Shown here piece after piece: positions 38,101-51,789 of a stretch of DNA of 64,000 nt. Positions within the stretch are counted from its first letter, which is position 1. Every line of letters starts with the position of its first letter. The notes beneath the pieces are model-generated. The model had not been told where the DNA came from and made no database searches. It worked only from the letters and a program-made list of their open reading frames with translations. Both the position numbers and the translations under genes were made by a program. This stretch comes from Ranitomeya imitator (taxonomy: Eukaryota), in assembly GCF_032444005.1 (NCBI RefSeq), contig NC_091282.1, positions 218,550,001-218,614,000 on the forward strand, written 5' to 3'.

Positions 38101-39183
38101 CTGTTTCACTTGGGTTCCACTGTGTTCACAAGACAAGCATTCATTGATTCTGGAGCAGCAGAAAATTTTATGGACTTCTCTTTGGTAAAAAGGCTGAAAA
38201 TTCCTTTTGTTTCCTTGCAGATGTATCTAAAACTAATCTCTGAAAATGGCTTTGCAATTCCTGGTGCATTACATGTTAAGGACATTTTCTTTTATTTATT
38301 TTGCCTTTCTGATGCACCGGTGCTTTTGGGACTTCCCTAACTATGGCTTCATGATCTGGTCATTGACTGCTCGACTGATCAGATTAGCTAGTGAAAGTTC
38401 ATTCATCTGCTTTCATAATTTTCTCTACCATAGCCTTCTCCTCTGAAAGTCTATTCTGCATCCAATGCCTTCAATTTACCTGCTGCTTATCTGGACTTCG
38501 CAGATATCTAGTCCAAGCAGAAGACTACCTCCTAATTGGCTGTTTGCTTAAAGGTATGGAACCACACAGAGGAAGAGTTTATCCTCCATATCACCCAGAG
38601 ACCAAGGCAATGTCTGCCCATATTTAAGAGAACCAAGAGAAGGAATTAGTTGCAACATCTTCATCTCCAACTGGTGTAGGTTTCTTCTTTGTGAAAAAAT
38701 GTTGGCTCTTTGAGACCATCCATAGACTATCGGAGATGGAATAAAATCACTCTGAAAAGACGATATCCATTGGCCCTCATCCCTGAGTAATTAGATAAGA
38801 TTAAAGGTGCTACTGTTTTCACTAAGTTAGACCTGCATGGTGCCTATAATCTAACCAACATCAAAAAGGGTGATGAATGGAAAACATCGTTCAACACTCG
38901 TGATGGTCACTATGAATTATGAGTTATGCCTTTCAGATTGTGTACTACACCTGCTGTGTTCCAGCATTTTGTGAATGAGATCTTTCATGATGTCCTGTAT
39001 CAACATGTCTTAGCCTACCTGAACAAAATTCTAATCTTCTCTAGAGACTTTGACTCTCACTGTCATCATGTCCGTTCCATTCTGATGAGACTGCGAGAAA
39101 AAACACCTCTTCGCCAAGTTGAAGAAATGTCTGTTTGCGCAACTAGCTATTCCTTGAATACATCATCTGTTCTGGGAGTCTAA

Positions 39184-39908
39184 AGGTACCTTCACACATA
39201 ACGATATTGTTAACGATATCGTTGCTATTTGTGACGTAGCAACGATATCGTTTATGAAATCGTTATGTGTGACAGCGACCAACGATCAGGCCCCTGCTGG
39301 GAGATCGTTGGTCGCTGAATAAAGTCCAGAACTTTATTTGGTCGCTGGACTCCTGCTGACATCGCTGGATCGGCGTGTGTGACACCGATCCAGCGATGTC
39401 TTCACTGGTAACCAGGGTAAACATCGGGTAACTAAGCGCAGGGCCGCGCTTAGTAACCCGATGTTTACCCTGGTTACCATGCTAAAAGTAAAAAAAAACA
39501 AACACTAGATACTTACCTAACGCTGTCTGTCCTCCAGCGCTGTGCTCTGCACTCCTCCTGTACTGGCTGTGAGCCGGAAAGCAGAGCGGTGACGTCACCG
39601 CTCTGCTTTCCGGCTCACAGCCAGTACAGGAGGAGAGCAGAGAAGCAGAGCGCAGTGCTGGAGGACAGACAGCGTTAGGTAAGTATCTAGTGTTTGTTTC
39701 TTTTTACTTTTAGCATGGTAACCAGGGTAAACATCGGGTTACTAAGCGCGGCCCTGCGCTTAGTTACCCGATATTTACCCTGGTTACCGGCATCGTTGGT
39801 CGCTGGAGATCGGTCTGTGTGACAGCTCTCCAGCGACCAAACAGCGACGCTGCAGCGATCCGGATCGTTGTCGGTATCGCTGCAGCGTCGCTTAATGTGA
39901 AGGGGCCT
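39184..39908. mobile_element. Harbinger-like palindromic MITE inserted in the old Gypsy RT
   Basis: Ends aggtaccttcacac / atgtgaaggggcct. Long internal inverted arms. TSD ambiguous (TAA left, TTA right). Confidence 0.8.
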
Positions 39909-41746
39909 TTAGTATGCATCTGGAGAATGTTTCTGCCATGTTGGATTGCCAATAGCCAGTTGGTCTTAAGGCTGTCTAAAGATTCCTCAGGTTTGCTAAT
40001 TATTACAGCTGGTTTATCGGAAAACTACTCTCAAGTGATGGCCCTAGCTCAGAAGGATGCTAATTCCCAGAACTGGTCAGAATCTGCTGTTCAAAACTTT
40101 CACAAACTCATGTCTCATTTTCTATTGCTCAAGTCCTGCACTATCCTGATGTTGATATACCATTCTTTTTTAAAGTGGATGCTTCTGCTATTGCTGCAAG
40201 AGCAGTTCTCTCTCACAATTCTTCTAGATCAAGAAATCATCCTGTGGATTCTTCTCCATTAAATTTTCTCCAGAAGAGCAGAATTATTCCATTGATGATT
40301 GTGAACTCTTAGCAATAAAATTGAGCCATGAAGAATGGTGACATCTTCTTGAAGGAGCTAAGTTCCCTGTGACTATCTATGCTGACCACAAAAACCTGGA
40401 ATACCTTCAATCTGCTCACAGGCCGAATCCCCTCCAAACATGAAGGTCAATCTTTTCCTTACAATTTCATTTCATTCTCTGCTATCACCCCTGCTGAAAA
40501 AAATTGTCCAGATCTTTTGATCCATCCGATGTTCCTGATGATCACATGTTATGGAACCTGAACATATTATTGCTGCCATCTCTTCTTCCTCCAATTCAAT
40601 ACCAAAGGGACTTTCTCTGGTTTCAAAGGCACTCTGCTGGAAAGCCTTATCCTGGGTTTATTCATCTATCCTCTCCAGTCATTCAGGAGTTAAATGTACT
40701 GCTGAACTTCTCTCCAGTTTCTACTGGTTGCCCAAATGGAGACAAGACACCAAAGAGTTTGTAGCATTCTTCCCTCAGTATACACAGTTCAAACCCTCTC
40801 TTCAAACACCTCTCAGTCCTATTCAGTCTTATTTCACAAGAACCTTGGGCTGAGATCTATATGGACTTTGTTAATGATCCTAAAGCACAGGGTTCACTAC
40901 TATTCTCTAAAATGTGTTGTTTTGTGCAATTATCAGGTGTTACATTCACCCCACAGTTGGCTCAAGTGTTTTTAAAGAATGTTTCTGGCTCCATAGTCAT
41001 AGCAGCTCATATAGTCTCTGACTGTCATGTGCAATTTGTTTCCAGATTCTGGAGGGCACTCTGCAAAAATGTAAACACTTCCCAGGACTTCTCACTCCCA
41101 AAGTAATGGGCAGACTGAAAGAATTAATCTGTCCATGGAGAAGTATTTTAGAATATTCTCTCCATCTCCCATAAACGTACCTGGCTAAACCTGCTTTCTT
41201 GGGCCAAGTGAGTTCACAACAATTGTGCTTCAGAGTTTTCTAAAAATCTCCATTTGTTGCAGTGTTTGTCCGAGAACCTCATCTCCCTCTGCTCATCCAT
41301 CTAAACGCCTACTTCCTGCTGTAAACAAGGTCTATTTATGACATCTGGACTGAGGTATAAGCTAATTTATTTGCAGCAACAGCAAGAGCTAAGAAGAGTT
41401 CTGATAGACATCATCAAACTGTTCCCAATTTCAGGAATGTAAAAAGGTTAATGGAAATCTCTTCTACTTGATCGACTGGAATGGATATGGTACTGAGGAG
41501 AGATGCTAGGTGCCAAAAAAGGACATAAATGCTTCAATCCTGCTCAAAATATTTCATGCTAAGCATCCTCTTTCTGTTGTCATAGACTCATCTGGGAGAG
41601 GGCTTAAGAGGGAGGTATTGTTTAACACCTGTCTCGTTGATCCCCAGCACTACTTCCTCCACTTCAGTCCGCTGCCTGCTGTTGTGCTCCATTTTGGGTT
41701 TTGCAAGTTGTCCAGCATGGCTCAGTGTTGTCATAACGCTAATCCT

Positions 41747-44190
41747 ATTTATTATTATTTATTATTATAGCGCCATTTATTCCATGGCGCTTTACATGTG
41801 AGGAGGGGTATACATAATAAAAACAAGTACAGTAATCTTGAACAATACAAGTACAAGTCACAACTTGTACAGGAGGAGAGAGGACCCTGCCTGTGATGGC
41901 TCACAATCTACAAAGGATGGGTGAGGATACAGTAGGTGAGGGTAGAGCTGGTCGTACAGCGGTTTGGTCGATCGGTGGTTACTGCAGGTTTTAAGCTTGT
42001 CGGAAGAGGTGGGTCTTCAGGTTCTTTTTGAAGGTTTCGATGATAGGCAAGAGTCTGATGTGTTGTGGTGGAGAGTTCCAGAGTATGGGTGATGCGCCAG
42101 AGAAATCTTGTATGCGATTGTGGGAAGAGGAGATAAGAGGGGAGTAGAGAAGGAGATCTTGTGAGGATCGGAGGTTGCGTGCAGGAAAGTACTAGGAGAC
42201 GAGGTCACAGATGTATGGAGGAGACAGTTTGTGGATGACTTTGTATGTCATGGTTAGGCTTTTGTACTGGAGTCTCTGGGTAATGGGGAGCCAGTGAAGG
42301 AATTGACAGAGGGGATAGGCCGGGAATAGTGGGGGGACAGGTGGATCAGTCGGGCAGCAGAGCTTAGAATAGATTGTAGGGGTGCGAGAGTGTTAGAGGG
42401 GAGGCCACAGAGCAGGAGGTTACAGTAGTCGAGGCGGGAGATGATGAGGGCATGGACTAGGGTTTTTGCAGATTCTTGGTTTAGTAATGTGCGGATCCAT
42501 GAAAAATGTTTGAGTTGAAGGCGGCAGGAAGTGGAAAGGGCTTGAATATGTGGTTTGAAGGAGAGATCAGTGTCAAGACAAGACCCCAAGACAGCAAGCT
42601 TGTGGGACTGGGGAGAGTGGGCTGCCGTTTACTGTAATGGATTGGTTCGCTGGGGGGGTCGCGTGAGATGGGGGAAAGACGATGAATTCTGTTTTGTCCA
42701 TGTTAAGTTTTAGAAATCATTGAAGAAGGATGAAATAGCGGACAGACATTGAGGGATTCTGGTTAGTAGGGTGGTGATATCTGGTCCTGAGATGTAAATC
42801 TGTGTGTCGTCAGCATAGAGATGATACTGAAAGCCGTGAGATTCTATGAGCTGCCCCAGGCCAAAAGTGTAGATGGAGAAGACCAGGGGCCCTAGAACTG
42901 ATCCTTGCGGGACTCTGACAGATAGGAGGCGAGGTGAGGAGGTGGTCTGGAAGTGGGAGACGCTGAATATCCGGTCAGTTAGGTATGATGAGATCCAGGA
43001 TAGGGCCAAGTCTGTGATGCCAAGGGATGAGAGGGTCTGCAGCAACAGAGAATGGTCCACTGTGTCAAAGGCAGAGTTCAGGTCCAGGAGAAGGAGGATA
43101 GAGTAGTGTCGCTTGCTCTTGGCGGTTAATAGGTCATTGGTGACCTTAGTTAAGGCAGTTTCATTGGAGTGGTGTGACTGGAAGCCTGATTGTAAGCGGT
43201 CGAAGAGGGAGCAGGAAGATAGATGGGAGGACAATTCAAGATGGACGTGTTGTTCCAGTAGTTTTGAGGCATAGGGGAGAAGTGATATAGGATGATAGCT
43301 AGTTACAGAGGATGGGTAAAGAGAGGGCTTTTTGAAGATAGGTGTGATTGAGGCATGTTTAAAGCTTGAGGGGAAAACACCAGTTGTTAGTGATAGGCTG
43401 AAGAGATGGATTAGGCTTGGGATGAAGACTGTGGCGAGGTTTGGGATTAAGTGGGATGGAATTGGGTCAAGTGCACATGTGGTGAGATGCGATCTTGAGA
43501 GTAGAGTAGAGAGTCGATCTTCTGTAATGGTGGAGAAGTTGGTTTTGGAGGTGGAGGGCTGGGTAGTTGGGAGGAAGGGCTCTGGGGGTTGTCCACTAAA
43601 ACTGTCTCTAATGTTCTCAGACTTCTGCTTGAAAAATGAGGCAAAGTCTTCCGCTGAGATGAGTGGGGAGGGAGCAGGTGCTGGGGATGGAGGAGAGAAT
43701 TGAAGGTATTGAATAACTGTTTAGGGTTATGAGTCAGGGAGGATATGAGAGATGAGAAGTAGGCTTGTTTTGCTGTGGCAAGTGTGGTCTTGAAAGTAGC
43801 GAGGGACTGTTTGAATGTGATGAAGTGCTCGTTGGAGTGGGATCTTTTCCATCTGCGCTCAGCAGCCCTGGAAGCTTGCCTCAGTTCTTTGGTGTGCCAG
43901 GGCTGTCTGTTGATTTTGAGAGCTTTGGTATGTGTAAGAGGGGCAAGAGATTCCAAAACTACAGCTATTGTGGTGTTATATAGAACGGCAGCGTCATCCG
44001 CATTGAGTAGGGAACTTATGTCTGTGAGAGGGAGGAGGGATTCAGAGAGTGAGTGAAGATTGAGGTGTTTAAGATTTCTGGGAGGGTGTGCAAGTTTGTG
44101 GGGTGGGGATTGTAGACAAGGAGTGGAGAGGGAAGAGAATGTGAGTAGATTGTGGTCAGAAAGAGGAAGAGGTGAGTTAGAGAGGCCCAT
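41747..44190 (-). mobile_element. L2-type LINE, about 2.4 kb, 5'-truncated and frameshifted, inserted in the Gypsy 3' LTR
   Basis: LSDHNLL (endonuclease end), [35 protein letters not shown]. (TAA)n-type tail at 41747-41768. Confidence 0.93.
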
Positions 44191-45409
44191 TGGGAAACAT
44201 CCCTGTGTCTTAGGATTTACACTTCAGAGTCTTATGTTTGATGTGCTCCACCATAGGTACTTATTTTTGTTTAAATTCCATTCATCTCTGCTGCATTCCA
44301 TTTAATTTGTCCTACTGTTTCTGTGATTGCTGACTGTCCAAGTACTCGTGGTTCCACGTGCCCTTGAGGAAGCTGCACCAACACCTGAGGTTCATGTGTC
44401 CATCGGAACCAGAGGCTTAGTGGATCCACCTCACCAGGTGAGTCTTAAACTGATATTGTTTGTACATGTCTTCTATGAAATGTAAAGTGCTGCAGAATAT
44501 GTAATTAGTTATTAGCAGCCTTTTACAGCAATTTGTGTCACACTAAGTTGCACTAGTTAGAGCAATTATCAAATTTTTCCAGCTGAACCAGAAACTGCAC
44601 TCTAACATTAGAATGCATATTCATGTTAATTTCTAGATGTTACCATTTAGGATATTTTGGGTGTTTGCTTTTACCACAATGCTTGGCTGTTGCTTAGATA
44701 GTTGTGTGACACCTAAATCATCCTTAAGTATACAGAAACATCCCGTTGACAGATGTCTATTGTTTATTACCCAGTCTCCTGTTTCCCGCTAGCCACTATA
44801 ATGATCTGATAGTATGACACTGTCTAGTCTTATAAACCCTTAACCGCACAATCATAAAAAAGAGGAGCAACAACCGCTTCTAATACAATGTGGGCTTTGT
44901 CAGGTTCTGTAAAGATTCAATTTGTAATCCTATAACTATTTAAACTGATTACTGTGCTTGCTTCCATCCCTACCCACACAGACCTCAACGCAACGTGAAA
45001 GTATGCTAGACTGCTAATGTGACATGCATCCAATCTGAGGCTTAGAAACTGCTTTTTCAAAAATTAGTGGCTCATTGCTGTTGATACATTTAAAATGTTT
45101 TTTATATTTCTGTAAAATAACTAACATTGCTATCATTATTTAGGATAATTTTACATGCAGTTAAAGGCTGGTAATCTTGCTACAAACTACAATTGTGGCA
45201 CGGTGGAATTTCAGTGGCAAAAGTATTCAATTGCTGGATTATACAGTGGTTTCAGTAGGGGCAGGAAATCCATTTCCTGCCTGTAGTGACCACGGACAAA
45301 ACGTGATTAAAGTGAGAGCAAAATGCCCAGTAGCTTTGGCCAGCTACATCAATAACACATTTTATGTATGATAGTGCTACTGAGAAAGCCCCAACCATTT
45401 TTTCCTTAA

Positions 45410-47380
45410 AGGGGTATTCAAATCTCCAAGATCCTATCCCAATATGTAGTAGGTGTAATACTAATATTTGCCCATGCCCTCAATTAGAAATGTAGTATAG
45501 CTCTTCTGACTTGTAACCATGGTTACGACTACTCATATAGTGACAGTTAGTTAGTTGCTAGTGGTCGTAACCATGGATACCTAAACTACTGCACTGTCTT
45601 GCACATGGATTGAGCGACACAGCGAATCAAGCGCGCAGTGCTACATTTTGAATTGGAGGTATTTGCTATTATTATTATTATTACATCTACTACATATTGG
45701 GACAAGATCTTGGAGATGGAATACAGTTAGGTCCATATTTATTTGGACAGAGAGAACATTTTTCTAATTTTGGTTATAGACATTACCACAATGAATTTTA
45801 AACAAAACAATTCAGATGCAGTTGAAGATCAGACTTTCAGCTTTCATTTAAATTTATCCACATTAACATTGGATGAAGGGTTTAGGAGTTTCAGCTCCCT
45901 AACATGTGCCACCCTGTTTTTTAAAGGGACCAAAAGTAATTGGACAGATTCAATAATTTTAAATAAAATGTTCATTTTTAGTACTTGGTTGAAAACCCTT
46001 TGTTGGTAATGACTGCCTGAAGTCTTGAACTCATGGACATCACCAGACACTGTGTTTCCTCCTTTGTGAAGCTCTGCCAGGCCTTCACTGCGGTGGTTTT
46101 CAGTTGCTGTTTGTTTGTGGGCCTTTCTGTCTGAAGTTTAGTCTTTAACAAGTGAAATGCATGCTCAATTGGGTTGAGATCAGGTGACTGACTTGGCCAT
46201 TCAAGAATATTCCACTTCTTTGCTTTAATAAACTCCTGGGTTGCTTTGGCTTTATGTTTTGGGTCATTGTCCATCTGTAGTATGAAAAGACGACCAATCA
46301 GTTTGGCTGCATTTAGCTGGATCTGAGCACACAGTATGGCTCTGAATACCTCAGAATTCATTCGGCTTCTTTTGTCCTGTGTCACATCATCAATAAACAC
46401 TAGTGACCCAGTGCCACTGGCAGCCATGCATGCCCAAGCCATCACACTGCCTCTGCCGAGTTTTACAGATGATGTGGTATGCTTTGGATCATGAGCTGTA
46501 CCACGCCTTTGCCAAACTTTTCTCTTTCCATCATTCTGGTAGAGGTTGATCTTGGTTTCATCTGTCCAAAGAATGTTCTTCCAGAACTGTGCTGGATTTT
46601 TTAGATGTTTTTTAGCAAAGTCCCGTCTAGCCTTTTTATTCTTGATGCTTATGAGTGGCTTGCACCGTGCAATGAACCCTCTGTATTTACTTTCATGCAG
46701 TCTTCTCTTTATGGTAGATTTGAATATTGATACGCCGACCTCATGGAGAGTGTTGTTCACTTGGTTGGCTGTTGTGAAGTGGTTTCTCTTCACCATGGAG
46801 ATTATTCTGCGATCATCCACCACTGTTGTCTCCCGTGGGCGCCCAGGTCTTTTTGCATTGATGAGTTCACCAGTGCTTTCTTTCTTTCTCAGGATGTACC
46901 AAATTGTAGATTTTGCCACTCCTAATATTGTAGCAATTTCTCGGATGGGTTTTTTTCTGTTTTCGCAGCTTAAGGATGGCTTGTTTCACCTGCATGGAGA
47001 GCTCCTTTGACCGCATGTTTACTTCACGGCAAAACCTTCCAAATGCAAGCACCACACCTCAAATCAACTCCAGGCCTTTTATCTGCTTAATTGAGAATGA
47101 CATAACGAAGGGATTGCCCACACCTGCCCATGAAATAGCCTTGGAGTCAATTGTCCAATTAATTTTGGTCCCTTTAAAAACAGGGTGACACATGTTAAGA
47201 AGCTGAAGCTCCTAAACCCTTCATCCAATTTTAATGTGGATACCCTCAAATGAAAGCTGAAAGTCTGAACTTCGACTGTATCTGAATTGTTTTGTTTAAA
47301 ATTCCTTGTGGTAATGTCTATAACCAAAATTAGAAAAACGTTGTCTCTGTCCAAATATATATGGACCTAACTGTACCTCT
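45410..47380. mobile_element. Kolobok/T2-like MITE with a Tc1 inserted in its right TIR
   Basis: TTAA|AGGGGTATTC start. The right end gaaTA[Tc1]TAcctct|TTAA reconstructs to gaatacctct. Confidence 0.8.
45724..47373 (-). mobile_element. Full-length Tc1 (1650 bp), transposase frameshifted in an A-run; same family as 18601-21697
   Basis: TA|CAGTTAGGTCC...GGACCTAACTG|TA. ATG at 47016, frameshift after KQKK, remainder in ORF 45978-46919. Confidence 0.95.
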
Positions 47381-47384
47381 TTAA

Positions 47385-47587
47385 CCCTGCTGTTCTGTTG
47401 GTCAAAAATGACCGACTTTGAACTTCAATATTCTTTAAAATATTCAAGATGCGGCTCTGAAACCCGTGGCCGACCGACCCATCCTCATTTAAGTCAATCA
47501 ACCACAAGTTTCAGAACCGCATCTTGAACACCCCAAAAAATACCAAAGTTCAAAATAGGTCTCCCCAGACCGAACAGAACAGCAGGG
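47385..47587. mobile_element. piggyBac-like MITE
   Basis: TTAA|CCCTGCTGTTCTGTT...AACAGAACAGCAGGG|TTAA. Shares its left TTAA with the preceding MITE. Confidence 0.85.
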
Positions 47588-48959
47588 TTAATGTGTTTTG
47601 CCTTCAGCCTTCAAGTGACTGCTTTTGACCCAGTGGTTAAGTCGTTCTCTAGTGATGCAGTTATTCCATGGTGTCTCCAAAGGTCCATTTTTATTGATTT
47701 TTAGAGAAGACTACATCACAGTTCTAGAATTGGAAATAGTTAGCGGTATACATTCAAGAGATATATAATAAGGTAAAGATTGTTTTCAAATATATTTTAT
47801 TTGGTTGGGTAGTTTGCGAAAAAATAAAGACTAACAGCTGTTGCATATCACCGTATGTACCAATGTGACAGAAACTACTTCTTTTGTATGCCATATGCCT
47901 TAAAAACACAACACATGTACAATATGGAAAACCTTTGCATTTTTAAGCTAGGAATGAAGCCAGTCTTTGTCATAAATATGCTTGAAAAGGATCCACGCTG
48001 GAGGGAATTTCTTGATTTCCGTTTCTTTTCAGAAAGCTCATCTCTTAAATTTCTTCTGGCATTCATGTTATTTTATCTTTGATAAAAACGCATTGTCAAG
48101 TTATGATATTGCAATCTATCAATATCTCACAATATTTACTACTGATTATTGTTAATTTGCCAGGTGAAAACCACACTCTGTTCCATAGCTTTTTCTACAA
48201 ATTTAAAGAAGTTATCTGGAACTTTAGTTATTTTTCCCTATGGGGCTAACTACCTAAATGTTCTACCTGGTGAGGAACTCTGCCTGCTCAAGCAGTGACT
48301 CTTCATTTCACGTTACAGCAGCAAAGCAGTACTTTCTCTTCCAGTCTGTTCTATAGATGGGATGTTACCACCAACATCAGGCTGATTGACAGCCAGCTCC
48401 CTATAGTTAGGCACTGGGGAAATGGCTATCAATCAGCAAGACATCGGCATTGACAACCCATTGACAGAGGAGGGTGGAAGAGATGCTGCTGCTCTTAAAG
48501 CAACTACCTGTTTTAAGTTCTTACCTCCAAATAAAAAAAAAGTGCCAGATAGCTCCTTTAATGCTTTTCAATCTAGTTCATTAAAATAGTTTAAATCAGG
48601 GAGGTACAGAAAAATGTGCATAAAGCAGTCTATGCTCTGTTTTGCTGCCGAACAGAACTTCAAGTCATGCAAAAGGATACATATATATATATATATATAC
48701 ATACATACATTATATCAATCTTTAAACTTTTCAAATCAAGTTTCGACAGGCCCGTTCTACATTAGATGTCACTTGAAGACATGCTGGTCTTGGTGATTCT
48801 ACTTTATGGCTGGCATCTGCCAACAGGTACCAATGCCATCAATATTTTTGGACCAGTCCACAGTGTTTGGCATTGGTAGCTTGTATTTGCCAAACATCCT
48901 AATAAAGGAATAGGAATATATAGTATAGGAATATCCTAAAACCATAAGTAATTGAGATG

Positions 48960-49450
48960 CTGAGTAAATTCTCACAGACAAGCTGTGAAGCAGGGAAGTC
49001 TAGGAGTCTGAGGTCAAATGCCAGGAGGGACAAGACAAACAGATAGTCAGAGGCAAAGTCTGGGGTCAGGTAACTAAGGTCAGAGTGCATGAAAGGCAAA
49101 AGGGGTAATAGAAACCAGTAGTCCAAAGGAAAATCTAAGGTCCAGCAACAAAGATCAGAGCATCATAACACAGAGTCCAGAGCTAACACACCACTGAGCA
49201 AGGATACAACTAGCAATGATCTATCCATCGCTAGCCAGATAAACAGCCAGGTAATCACCCTGAACAGGGGACACCTGAAGGAAACCCCACAGGCCCGACC
49301 AGAATGGACAGCTGAGCTGTCATTTACAACACTGACAGCCCAAAAAGCCCCTGCTTCAGATTGGATGACTGAGCTATCACTCAAAATATTTGACCGCACA
49401 GCATGCCCTTTATCTCATAGGGCAGATGAGCTGTCACACAACATCCTTAG
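48960..49450. mobile_element. Old LTR-like repeat related to 27186-27537 (boundaries approximate)
   Basis: Shared blocks listed for 27186-27537. Confidence 0.45.
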
Positions 49451-51639
49451 GATACCATAAGTGTTAGAATCATGGCAGTAATATTCTAGAGATTCTGATA
49501 TATGGATTGCTTTTATTGGCTTAAATAATCTTATTTTATTGGATGGTATCTCAAGCCTACAGATAAAATTATAATGGAAATGTCTTTAATAGACCACTTC
49601 TTTGAGAACAAAATATCATTTTTTAAGAACACTACCCCCTAACCTGACCATGTTTCTAGCCACTTTTTAAAGGGGCCACCTCCTAGAAGGCCATTTTCAA
49701 TTCAAATTTGGAAGGTCTAAAGATAGTTTAAATTTATTTTGATGGTCTATCCTACAGTTATCATGCTGTATGCATGTTTTCTTGTTTTAAATATAATATG
49801 GCTCATCTCCTAAATGGAATACCCTATGATCATATCAGATACATTGCACATATCATAAAAAATAAACAATGTTTGGCATTTAGGCCGTAATCACATTGCA
49901 ACAATGCCCTCCATTTAAAAGGCATTACAGTATATTGTTAAACTTGAGAAGTGGCATCCTGGAGAAAGAAAAAAAATGCATGCATACCCCATCCTGGAAT
50001 TCGCTCCACACTGCAGCTCTGCTGGAACAGAAATTATGATTTCACAACCATCATTGATCTAATTGCTGAGGCCACAGATTGGGTGCAGTGTTATGTAACT
50101 GCTGGATTTCTGGACTGATGGAGACAGTCAGGACAGCAGGGAGCAGATTCCAATGGCACAATATGTCTTTTTTTCTTCCTCCAGTCTGGCTTTACCCAGT
50201 CACATTTAAAAATATAGTGGAAAACATCCTTAACATATATGACATAAAAAGCTCCCACAATACACATTAAACAGGGATTGTGATGTATTTGTCAATTGAG
50301 GACTATTATGTTGGGAATGTGGACTAACTCAATAAAGTGATCTTTTTCAAAGTCAAATTGGGTTGCATAATCAACGTCTTAGGTCATTTTGTAGTAAGAT
50401 TCCACAATCATGCTAAACCAGGGGATTATTGGCTGCCATTAGCTGTGTCCAAACAAGAATGTTATTTAGTACTTTTCTTAGTAATTCACAAAACTTGCAA
50501 TGTGCAATCTAAATAATTTGCTAAAAGTATGGATCCTATTGGAATCCTTTTTGCCTCCAGTGCCCCTATTTTGAAAAATTGCGGCCTTTCTGCAGTCTTC
50601 TGAAGAAAAGAACATGAGGTAGACATTTCAAGTATCAGTCAGGCAAACTGAAGCATTGAGCCAAGGAAAACCTTAAATTGCTCTGCCCGCCAAAGAAGAA
50701 TGTTTCACATTACCGCATAATCCACCTGTATAGCGTTTATTTTCTTCAGAGGCTTTTTTCTCAAACTAAATATGTACATGATTACATCAGTATTTTCTTG
50801 GGCATCCCAATCTCCTCTACTCTCTCCCCATGTCAATGCCTCTTACAGCCACTATCCGTGTGCTTTTTCTGCAAGATTGTTAACACCATGAAGATGAGTG
50901 TACTTCTCAATAGACTTAAGTACTCAAAACTTAGGTAGTAGGTTGAGATGAGCAAATAAATTACCAGGGCCCTGGTCCAGCGATCAGGTCAATATTCAAT
51001 GCCAGGCCAACTAATCAAATAGGAGTTGCAGATGCCGTCATTTAAGAAGCAATTTACAGGGCTTTCATCCAGCGGCCATGGAATAATTGACCTAGCCATT
51101 GGATCAGAGTACTGTAAATTGATTCATTCTTCTTTAGGGAAATGTTGCATGGGCATGTTCTACCTAATCTCCTACCATGTTCAGCATCATAATTCTATGC
51201 ATTTTATGATCTTGGCTGGTTCAAAATGGTAATACCAACTCCTTGAAGTCACCTGAAGCAAAAGAGGTGATATTAGAAAAGCTCCCTTGAGTACTTTTAC
51301 CTCTTCCTGACACTCTGCCAGCTGCATACACAGCATACACTAGCTTTGCTATATATATAGCAACCACCTCTATCTGCAGCAATTTCATGTTGTAAAACAT
51401 GAAAATTGTATTCATTTGTTATTGAGATAATCATCAACCTGAACAACCGTGGAATTGTGTTTTGGTCACTGGTCCACCCTACAAAGATTAACTTGGACGT
51501 AACACAATGCTCCTGGGTTCATGAACCTTGGCATCGTTTACAGACTCTACATCGATTGGTCTATGTAGAATACACGGCACTCTGTAGAGGGGGAATGCAG
51601 GTGCTCAAGTAGGGTCTCCAACCCGTATCAACCAATATG

Positions 51640-51756
51640 TGAAAATAAACTTGGCACTCAATTTTTTCTTGAAGAAGGATAAGGCTGTTTATTTTATATC
51701 CTGACAAACAAATTAATTGCTGAATGTTTTTGGTCCAACATTGACCTTCCTCAGAG
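51640..51756 (-). mobile_element. Penelope-type remnant with a decayed hammerhead motif
   Basis: Minus strand CTGAGGA A GGTC aatgttg GACC AAAAA CATT (GAAACGTT decayed), then AATAAA and TTGAGTGCC. Confidence 0.6.
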
Positions 51757-51789
51757 AAATTTAGTTTATCTTGAATGCATATGGTTAGC

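Larger units (their letters stand above)
36738..44449 (+). mobile_element. Old, heavily mutated full-length Gypsy element with a nested MITE and a nested L2
   Basis: 5' LTR 36738-37134 followed by ATGGATCCC. Gag, FIDSGAAENF protease, RT (ttagacctgcatggtgcctataat; MPFRL), ADHKNLEY and integrase remnants. PPT aagagggaggta, then 3' LTR 41619-41746 plus about 44190-44449. Flanks CAGAT / CTGAT. Confidence 0.85.
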
